Position numbers and translations under genes: made by a program. The notes under the pieces are model-generated. The model worked only from the letters and a program-made list of their open reading frames with translations. It did no database searches and was not told the origin of the DNA. From the IMG/VR virus record IMGVR_UViG_3300025896_000025: 24,382 bases of DNA; one strand, 5' to 3'. The DNA comes from an uncultured virus (IMG/VR IMGVR_UViG_3300025896_000025). Lineage: Duplodnaviria; Heunggongvirae; Uroviricota; Caudoviricetes. Below, piece by piece: positions 8,467 through 15,426 of this stretch. How positions within the stretch are numbered: the first letter of the stretch is position 1; each line of letters opens with the position of its first letter.

Positions 8467-9534
8467 TTATTCATCGCTGGCCCGATCCTCAGCATGTGTG
8501 TCAGAAAGTGTGCCATCCGTGAACTTTTGAATAGCTTGTTCCAGGTCTTCACTGCGTAGATGGGCATACCTGTGAGTGAGAGATCTGGTCGAATGTCCAA
8601 GGAGCTGCTGTAGGACCCGCTCCTCGACTCCCCGTTGGCTTGCCCAAGAGGTGAAGGTATGTCGCAGATCATGAAACCGAAAGTTGGTAATCCCAGCCTT
8701 GGTGCAGAGTTGGGGCCACCACCAATTCACACGGGTCATCGGTAACCCCAAGCGTGACCCACGGAATACGTGATCTGCTCTGTGTGTCATGAGTGTGCTG
8801 GAGAGTGCTTCCAGTGCCCTCGGAGTCAGTGGGATGATCCTGGACTTGGAGCTCTTGGTTCGAGCTCCACTCAGATTGCCTAGGACCACTCTCCGCCGAC
8901 GTAAGTCCACCTCAGATCGTGTTAAACCTAGGATCTCGGACTGCCTCATTCCTGTCTCCACCGCCAGGATGAGGATCGCCCGATAGACCGGGCTCTCCGC
9001 ACAGGCCAGCAGATGCTCGAACAACTCCTCCGTGAGCCACTTGGTACGGGGTTTGCTTTCCCGTAATCCAAACTGCCTGCGGTTGAGTTGGCGTACAGGG
9101 TTGTCACGAGGTCCATCGGGTTGCAGGCACCACCAGTTGTACATGGATGATAGGTAGCTGAGATCGCGCTTGATTCTAGCGTGCGAGACCTTGGCAATCC
9201 TATTCCTTATATAGTGATGAATGCTTTCAGTTTTCAGGGAAGAGAGTGTGAAATCTCCCAGAAATTTCAGGATTGTACGATACGAGCTTGTGTAACTCCT
9301 TATCGTGTTGGGTTTCAGCAACGCTGCCTGGATGTACCGCTCGTGGGCCTGGGAAAAGAGCAACCCACCAGGGGCCTCACTATCGGTTAACTCCTGCTGG
9401 AGGAGTTCCGCAATGCGTTGCGCCTCACCTTCATCAGGCGACTCCGTAGAGACCCGGTGGTAAGATCCATCGGATCGAGTGAGCCGAGCTTGCCAGTAGC
9501 GACTGCCTTTACGTCTGTAGATGTGAGTGGACAC
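8467..9534 (-). CDS. int: Tyrosine integrase
   Basis: TGMRQSE, RTKSSKSR, FHDLRH, LLGH, THRYAH. Likely GTG start at 9534 after GGAG. Confidence 0.96.
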   Translation of the reverse strand: MSTHIYRRKGSRYWQARLTRSDGSYHRVSTESPDEGEAQRIAELLQQELTDSEAPGGLLFSQAHERYIQAALLKPNTIRSYTSSYRTILKFLGDFTLSSLKTESIHHYIRNRIAKVSHARIKRDLSYLSSMYNWWCLQPDGPRDNPVRQLNRRQFGLRESKPRTKWLTEELFEHLLACAESPVYRAILILAVETGMRQSEILGLTRSEVDLRRRRVVLGNLSGARTKSSKSRIIPLTPRALEALSSTLMTHRADHVFRGSRLGLPMTRVNWWWPQLCTKAGITNFRFHDLRHTFTSWASQRGVEERVLQQLLGHSTRSLTHRYAHLRSEDLEQAIQKFTDGTLSDTHAEDRASDE

Positions 9535-9686
9535 GCGACAAACTCCACGACCGCAGCGATAGAAAAACGCCAATGCCTACCGACCCTGAGGGAGGGTATT
9601 CGTCCGGTCTTCGCGTAATGCAGGATCGATCGGCGTGTCAGTCCAAGGTGTCGCGCAACGACACCTGCGTCAACGAAGTTTGACAT
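9387..9686 (-). CDS. xis: Excisionase-like winged-HTH protein
   Basis: VARHLGLTRRSILHYAKTGRIPSLRVGRHWRF, directly upstream of and overlapping int. Confidence 0.8.
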   Translation of the reverse strand: MSNFVDAGVVARHLGLTRRSILHYAKTGRIPSLRVGRHWRFSIAAVVEFVACPLTSTDVKAVATGKLGSLDPMDLTTGSLRSRLMKVRRNALRNSSSRS

Positions 9687-9730
9687 TCTTCTTTACAACC
9701 CTAGAGGTTCTGGTTCCACCGCCGTAGGGG

Positions 9731-9766
9731 CTAACTGGATGTTAACCGCTGGGAGGTCAATGACAA
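9731..9766 (-). promoter_or_regulatory. Putative xis-int promoter with overlapping CtrA-like box
   Basis: Minus strand TTGTCA-N16-TAACAT. Plus strand CTAA-N7-TTAAC at 9731-9746, one mismatch to TTAA-N7-TTAAC. Confidence 0.45.
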
Positions 9767-9794
9767 TTCCATGATGTTAAATCGTTTAAATGCC

Positions 9795-10025
9795 CTAATC
9801 CCTTGGAACTAGGTGCATTTGGTTTATAAGTCTCTGGATTCTCTCGCGATCGGAACCCGTGAGATAGAGTTCGGCCTGCCGGAATAAGGAAAGGTACCCT
9901 CGCAGTTCGCGGGCAGCGTCTGACTGAGTCAGATCATACTTGGATTCGAGCTCTGCGATTAAGCCCTTGGCCAGCCCACGAATTAATTTTGTTTCGCTGA
10001 GAGCGAGGCTTTTAGAATCTTCCAT
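9795..10025 (-). CDS. Hypothetical helical protein
   Basis: 76 aa, RBS GAGGA. Confidence 0.75.
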   Translation of the reverse strand: MEDSKSLALSETKLIRGLAKGLIAELESKYDLTQSDAARELRGYLSLFRQAELYLTGSDRERIQRLINQMHLVPRD

Positions 10026-10046
10026 TTAGTCCTCGCTTCGTTGATA

Positions 10047-10232
10047 TTAGCGGAGTGGCTGGTATTCCCGCTCCGCGTAACCTTCTGTAACGTATGCCAA
10101 ATCCAGCAATTCGTCAACCTCATCGCTGGTTAGAGGGATATCAGAGTACGTCAGCTCCCAGTTGCGCAGGTCAACCTCGAATTCCACTGTTATTGGTTCA
10201 TCTCCACGGTGGATCTCAGTTATGAGACTCAT
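10047..10232 (-). CDS. Small acidic hypothetical protein
   Basis: MSLITEIHRG..., RBS GGAGG, 61 aa. Confidence 0.7.
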   Translation of the reverse strand: MSLITEIHRGDEPITVEFEVDLRNWELTYSDIPLTSDEVDELLDLAYVTEGYAEREYQPLR

Positions 10233-10383
10233 CTGTATCATCCTCCGACAGGGGGATCGAGTGAATAAGCTCCCCATCGAAGCTCAGCCAGACGTGGGTC
10301 CCAGGCTCGGAGGGGTGCCAGTCGGGTTCTATGAGGATCTGGAGACGACCCCCGGCTATCAGATCGAGGAGGGTGGCTCTCAT
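10216..10383 (-). CDS. Small hypothetical protein (55 aa, not in ORF track)
   Basis: MRATLLDLIAGGRLQILIEPDWHPSEPGTHVWLSFDGELIHSIPLSEDDTDESHN*; ATGA overlap with the upstream gene. Confidence 0.7.
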   Translation of the reverse strand: MRATLLDLIAGGRLQILIEPDWHPSEPGTHVWLSFDGELIHSIPLSEDDTDESHN

Positions 10384-10703
10384 ATATCACCATACTTCGC
10401 TTTAAGACGCTTCAACTCCTCTTTCTCCTGGCTATCTCTGAGCTCCCTCTGTGCCTTCTCTAAATCGCGTCTATGCTTAAGCTCCTCCCTGGTCATCGGT
10501 CTCCAGTATACAATTCTAATGCGTATCTCCTCACCTCCGTAAGGATACTCTATATCAAGCTCAAGCCTCGCGCTGGAACGAAACTCCTCTGGGATTCGCT
10601 CCAAAGCCTCTCGAAGAAATTCTATTGCATCCGAAAGATTACCGTTTAGTCCATACTTATCATCTTGGATAAAGTCCACACGAACGAGGTGTTTAGCCAT
10701 CAT
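10380..10703 (-). CDS. Hypothetical protein with C-terminal coiled coil
   Basis: 107 aa, RBS AGGAG, ends ELKRLKAKYG. Confidence 0.8.
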   Translation of the reverse strand: MMAKHLVRVDFIQDDKYGLNGNLSDAIEFLREALERIPEEFRSSARLELDIEYPYGGEEIRIRIVYWRPMTREELKHRRDLEKAQRELRDSQEKEELKRLKAKYGDI

Positions 10704-10796
10704 CTAGCTCCTACGTGAAAGTGGCTCCTGCTGATACAGAAGCCACTTGTTGTGTCAGATTTCAAGAGTTCGCAGACTTATTATGATAGATCTAGC

Positions 10797-10859
10797 TCCT
10801 TAATGTAAGCTTCGTACTACATATCGTCTGATTATGTAGTACGAAGCTTACATTAAGGA
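10797..10859. repeat. Perfect 27-bp inverted repeat with 9-nt spacer
   Basis: TCCTTAATGTAAGCTTCGTACTACATA (10797-10823), TCGTCTGAT, TATGTAGTACGAAGCTTACATTAAGGA (10833-10859). Confidence 0.95.
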
Positions 10860-11458
10860 AATGTGTGAACATACGTTTCAGGATTAAAAGAGTTTCTTTT
10901 TGATAGATTCTCCCTTGCAGGAATTGGCTTTAGGTTTGCTGGAACATGCAGCCCACAAACCAGTGGGTGGTTCAGAGGAATCTCATGGTCTACGTGGTAC
11001 CCTGGAGGGCACGCTTCATAGATCCTTGCTATCTCAGTACGGTCTACCCAGGAGGGATAGGCTTGGAGCTTAAGTGTCCGGCGGGCGGCGTCACGTTCCC
11101 GACATCGTCCCCGATTGGCTTGCTGCCACCTGCGACAGTTCTCATGATGTATATCTCGATTAACTTGACGCCACTTTCGGCAATTCTCTCTATGCCGCAC
11201 CGGATTGGTTTGTCTCCATCTGCGGGAATTCTCAAGGTATTGCTCGTAATTATTTAGGATCCACTTACGGAGGCTCTCCCTGCGTCGCTCCCGACGCTCT
11301 CCCGAGTTGTTCCGATGACTCTCACACTCTACACAACCTTTACTACTTACCTGCCGCTCACAAACATGCCCATGCTTACAAGGCTTGCCTGTAAAATATC
11401 TCTTCAATCCTAAAGCTTTAGCTTCTTTACGAGTAATAATATCCAACACGACCACCAA
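10853..11458 (-). CDS. HNH endonuclease with N-terminal Zn-binding region and 14-aa internal repeats
   Basis: YFTGKPCKHGH..CVEC, repeats ENxRxWxQxN, and YHVDHEIPL..VCGLHVPANL..ENLSKRN. Confidence 0.9.
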   Translation of the reverse strand: MVVVLDIITRKEAKALGLKRYFTGKPCKHGHVCERQVSSKGCVECESHRNNSGERRERRRESLRKWILNNYEQYLENSRRWRQTNPVRHRENCRKWRQVNRDIHHENCRRWQQANRGRCRERDAARRTLKLQAYPSWVDRTEIARIYEACPPGYHVDHEIPLNHPLVCGLHVPANLKPIPARENLSKRNSFNPETYVHTFP

Positions 11459-11507
11459 CTAGCTGCCTCAATGTGCAGTCTAATTTGGTGGTCAAACACC
11501 ATAGTTT

Positions 11508-11533
11508 GAACAATTTATGAACTAATAACGAAC
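11508..11533. promoter_or_regulatory. Tandem alphaproteobacterial LexA (SOS) boxes
   Basis: GAAC-aatttat-GAAC-taataac-GAAC: two overlapping perfect GAAC-N7-GAAC sites in an AT-rich intergenic region 50 nt upstream of the HNH start. Confidence 0.8.
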
Positions 11534-11538
11534 AAGTA

Positions 11539-11757
11539 TTATTCTAACTCAGCCAAGTTTTTAGCTAACTTCACCGACCTACCTGGAAGAGCATCACCCT
11601 TCCAACGACCACCATCCTTCTCCAGTTGATAGAGGAGATAACCAAGCACGATCCACTTTGGGATACCCATTATGACATCGAGGGTCTTGCTCTCTGCGAT
11701 CTTGACAACATCGTCGGCTGCCAGTGCCCGCTCCAACTTCCTGGTAAAATCAGGCAT
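11539..11757 (-). CDS. Small hypothetical protein
   Basis: MPDFTRKL..., starts 1 nt after the stop of the 1220-aa gene; 72 aa. Confidence 0.7.
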   Translation of the reverse strand: MPDFTRKLERALAADDVVKIAESKTLDVIMGIPKWIVLGYLLYQLEKDGGRWKGDALPGRSVKLAKNLAELE

Positions 11758-11758
11758 C

Positions 11759-14700
11759 TTAAGTCCCCGACGAGATGTAGGTGAGCAGGTCGGCTGCGGT
11801 GGTGATCCGACGAGAGAGACCAACTTCAGCTTCGGTGAGAGGAGCCGTAGAAGGTACGCTCATTCCACATGAGCGAGTATAGAAGCCAGCGGCTCTGTTG
11901 AATGGCCCCCCTGCGCCGGTCTTGCCCACATATGGGTATTTATGGAACGGCGGGTCATGCGTCACGCACATATCAGAGACACCAACGGTCATCACGCGAG
12001 TAGAATAATTCCTGCTTACCTTCTGGGTCGTCCCGTAAATGCTGTAGCCCATGAGGCCGATGCCCAGGCAATTGATCGAGTTGTCAACGGCGCTTGGGAA
12101 CTCGAAGTAGTTACGCGGACCCAGAAGAACAGCATAATATTCCCCAGGCTGGACATCGATTGTTGGTCCCTCATACTGCGTCGTCGTGTGCACGATCACA
12201 TCTGGGTTGCAGGAGTTATCCACCGCCTGGATTGGATTCCACGTTGGAGTCTGCGATGAGGAGTAAACCTTCGAGGACTTCGGGGGGCGACGGAACACAC
12301 AATCTGAGATCTCCCACCATCCATCATTGGGAAGAGTGTAAGCACCCGAGCCAGCAAAGAAACCTTGACCGAAATGCTTATGGTCACACTTCCAAACGTT
12401 CAGGCTCCGAATCTGCGCATTGTTATTCTGCATGATGTCGGAGTGGCCAAGCGAGCCTGTGATCTCTTGCAGGTTACCGAAATAGAAACCGTTCTTGATC
12501 CGATGACGCAGAAGATAGACGTCGACCCACTTGTTCTTACCGCTATCAGAAGGAGTCTTCGTACCAAAGCTGAAGAAGTCACCCCACCAGCATGATTGCT
12601 TGGTGCCCATGACGTCGTCGACAGCCCAACAGCTATCCATATCAACGCCGTCGATCCAAATGAATGGACGACCGTCGCCAGGATCACCATTGTAATTGCC
12701 GATGAGCCCCGATGGCATATCAGTAGTAGTGAAGTTCAGGTGGAACACATTACCAGGATCACCGGGGAGAGCTTCCGTCTTGCCCTGGAAGGTGCAATTC
12801 TGATTACCAACGAGATTCATCTTCCCGCCGATAATGAACACCCCCTTGTATTTCAAGGTTTGCTTCTGAATACGAAGCTGGGTGGCGGACGGCGGAAGAA
12901 CAATCAGAAGATACTTGGTCCAGTTGCCATCACCAGGGTAGGGGTCGGTGATCAGCCACGTCACAACATCGGACGTAGAAGCAGGTCCGTGAGGAGGGTT
13001 ATAGAGACGCCCACCCAGTGCTGCGGTATCATCATTCAGGATCGAGGTGGTACCGAAGTAGGGAGTACCGAGCGCACAGCTTGATGGAGCAGACAGGGTC
13101 ACTGTCATCTGCTCATTATCTTCAGGGTCAGTGTCGCCCTTCAGAGTGAAGTCGATGTTCTTGGTCGTGTCACCGGAAGCAAAGGTGACCGTCCCAGAGA
13201 ATGCCTGCCCAGACTGGAAGTCGGCGGCATTCACACCACCAGTCAAGGTCCAGGTTGCTGAGCAGGATCCGGTACCACCACTCTTGGTGACGACGAAACG
13301 AATCGTCTTCGTGCCGCTGTTGCCCTCACTAACGTCGGCGGGAGCTGCCACGGTGAGCGTGAGCCCGGCTACCGTGTAGGTGATCACACCTTCGACGTAG
13401 GTTCCCTCAGCATCCGTCAGGCGGTACGTCAGCGTGTCTGAACCAACGTAGCCCGTGGATGGTGTGAACGTGAGCGTGCCGCCGGAGATCGAGGTGGTAC
13501 CATGAGCGGGTGCTGAAACAATAGTCAGGGTGAGAGGGGTTGGACCCTCATAAGCAGCGGTAAGATTCTGCGCCTTAGCCGTATTGGAAAAGGTATCAAG
13601 GGAATAATTGATCGCCGGAATTGGGTAAGAGAGACCCGAGAGGAGACCCCAACCAGTGTTGGCTTCCGTTCGTCTGGTAGGAATTCGAGTGAATGATGCT
13701 TGTGAAATAACGGCACTGTTTACGACGTCTGAGAGGGAATGAGAAGGACCATAAGTGATCGACGAATTGCGATCAGCCCTCGCTGTATCGTTAGGCGCTA
13801 CAAAGAGATTGGCCGTCTTCACTAGAGTATCAGAAGTCAGCCAAGGTCGAGTAGTAGCGTCACCGACCACAATTGGGATATGATTACCGCCCACATAAGC
13901 GTAGGCGCAGTTTGGCCAAGCTCGTCCAGCGGGGGCGTCGGCATAGTTGTCTGGCCAACCCGTCCAATCTAGCGACCCGCGAGCCAGGGCGATCTTTGCC
14001 GTTGCAGAAGGGGAGGTGGCTATTGGTGATGCAGCGGAGGCTAGGAGACAAGCCCAATTGTTAACGACAACCGTGAAACCGTCCGCGATGGAGATACCAC
14101 CGAGGTCAGTAGTGGACCCAACTGGAGCGGTCCACATATTCCCATCGATGATGTTACCTGTTGCTTGAGTGGGCTTGGTGCAACCCTGGCGAATACGCAG
14201 CCACTGCTTCGAGGTCGAGGTCTTCGCTTCGAATGTATTATCGAAGCATGCGACACCCGCTGAACCTGTATCGACGACATAGCCTACACCGATATAATCG
14301 AGAAACAGATTCTCAGCGACGTAGAAGTGTGCGTCGGTTAGGGAGTCATGATCGTTCGGGCCGATCATGATCGCGCTGTTGGCTACAGTCGGGTCATCCG
14401 TGAAACCCTTAAAGAGATTCTTTCGGACCCACACATACTTATAGAAGACCCCACCAGTGAGCGCACCACCAAAGATAGCCGACCGCTTGAAAGGGGCGTC
14501 GGTTGAGCCAATGAAGTCGTTGCCGTAAATGTGGGTGTATCTGGAAGTGCTCGTGCTCTCGAATACGATCGCACCTTTAGTGGCACCACCATCAGAATAG
14601 AAGTAGAAGCGGTTCTGCTTGATCTCCGTGTAAGAGGATGAGCGCACGAGAATGCGGACGTTCTTGAGCCGCAAGTTGCAAATGACCCACCGCTGGCCCG

Positions 14701-15421
14701 TGCAGATGATGGTGGCATTGCTGAGCTCAGGGAAGCTCGCCTTCTTGTCACTGTTGCCTCTGAGAAAGATCGGATCAGCGGTCGTGCCCTCTGCGTCGAG
14801 GGTGAAGGTAGCGCCCCCAGCGTCCAAGTTGGTGGTGAGCACCATGGTGCTGCCAGCCGTGGCTGAAGAGACAGCCGTCGTCATGTCGGCAACGGTCGAG
14901 AACAGAACCTTGCCTGGAGAAGTGGCGTAGGTCGGGATGTTTACCCAACCCGGTTCAGCGGCATCAACCCTGGTGGGGAAGGTGAGGGGCGACAACAGGT
15001 AGAAATCAAAGAAGCTGGTTGCTCCGAGCTTAGCTCCCGTTGGTACACCGAGGCGGAACCTGCCTGTCATCTCGAAACTCGGACGCGAGCCCGCAGAAAG
15101 AGAGAAGGTAACGGTCTTTGAGGTCTCCCCGATCCCAAATGAGATGGTGCCGGAAGGGAAGACGGATCCGATGAAATAGGCTGACGTTACCGGATTGGTG
15201 CCGGTGCCTAGGATCGACCAAGGGACAGAACAACTCACGTCCGAATTGACCGTACGGTTCACCACTACGGTGGCAACGACGGGATCACCCGGAAGGCGGA
15301 TGAGGGAGTCGACCTTGACCGTGATGTTCAGGACCGGCAGCTCGGGAGTGACAGGTGCCGCTGTGGTGTCAGTGGCTCCAGCCATCAGGCGGGGGGAGAC
15401 GAGAACGAAAGGTGCTGGCAT
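11759..15421 (-). CDS. Large multidomain virion adhesion/depolymerase-like protein (Calx-beta, PL6-like beta-helix, Ig-like, Calx-beta, second beta-helix)
   Basis: SGTISFGIGETSKTV and EGNSG..SGTVTFASGDTTKNIDF..GDTDPEDNE (Calx-beta). PAHGT..GGTLTFTP..GYVGSDTLTY (Ig-like). GTTADPIFLRG..ENLF..DNTF..IRQG..NIIDGN (chondroitinase B/PL6-like). GHSDIMQ in the C-terminal part. Confidence 0.75.
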   Translation of the reverse strand: MPAPFVLVSPRLMAGATDTTAAPVTPELPVLNITVKVDSLIRLPGDPVVATVVVNRTVNSDVSCSVPWSILGTGTNPVTSAYFIGSVFPSGTISFGIGETSKTVTFSLSAGSRPSFEMTGRFRLGVPTGAKLGATSFFDFYLLSPLTFPTRVDAAEPGWVNIPTYATSPGKVLFSTVADMTTAVSSATAGSTMVLTTNLDAGGATFTLDAEGTTADPIFLRGNSDKKASFPELSNATIICTGQRWVICNLRLKNVRILVRSSSYTEIKQNRFYFYSDGGATKGAIVFESTSTSRYTHIYGNDFIGSTDAPFKRSAIFGGALTGGVFYKYVWVRKNLFKGFTDDPTVANSAIMIGPNDHDSLTDAHFYVAENLFLDYIGVGYVVDTGSAGVACFDNTFEAKTSTSKQWLRIRQGCTKPTQATGNIIDGNMWTAPVGSTTDLGGISIADGFTVVVNNWACLLASAASPIATSPSATAKIALARGSLDWTGWPDNYADAPAGRAWPNCAYAYVGGNHIPIVVGDATTRPWLTSDTLVKTANLFVAPNDTARADRNSSITYGPSHSLSDVVNSAVISQASFTRIPTRRTEANTGWGLLSGLSYPIPAINYSLDTFSNTAKAQNLTAAYEGPTPLTLTIVSAPAHGTTSISGGTLTFTPSTGYVGSDTLTYRLTDAEGTYVEGVITYTVAGLTLTVAAPADVSEGNSGTKTIRFVVTKSGGTGSCSATWTLTGGVNAADFQSGQAFSGTVTFASGDTTKNIDFTLKGDTDPEDNEQMTVTLSAPSSCALGTPYFGTTSILNDDTAALGGRLYNPPHGPASTSDVVTWLITDPYPGDGNWTKYLLIVLPPSATQLRIQKQTLKYKGVFIIGGKMNLVGNQNCTFQGKTEALPGDPGNVFHLNFTTTDMPSGLIGNYNGDPGDGRPFIWIDGVDMDSCWAVDDVMGTKQSCWWGDFFSFGTKTPSDSGKNKWVDVYLLRHRIKNGFYFGNLQEITGSLGHSDIMQNNNAQIRSLNVWKCDHKHFGQGFFAGSGAYTLPNDGWWEISDCVFRRPPKSSKVYSSSQTPTWNPIQAVDNSCNPDVIVHTTTQYEGPTIDVQPGEYYAVLLGPRNYFEFPSAVDNSINCLGIGLMGYSIYGTTQKVSRNYSTRVMTVGVSDMCVTHDPPFHKYPYVGKTGAGGPFNRAAGFYTRSCGMSVPSTAPLTEAEVGLSRRITTAADLLTYISSGT

Positions 15422-15426
15422 CTCTG

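Noticed and set aside
9534..9575. Programmed -1 frameshift fusing Xis to Int
   Set aside because: CGTTTTTCT is not a canonical slippery heptamer, and int has its own GGAG/GTG start.
10797..10859. Protelomerase target (telRL/tos)
   Set aside because: It has a non-palindromic 9-nt centre, no protelomerase is seen, and the phage has an int/attP system.
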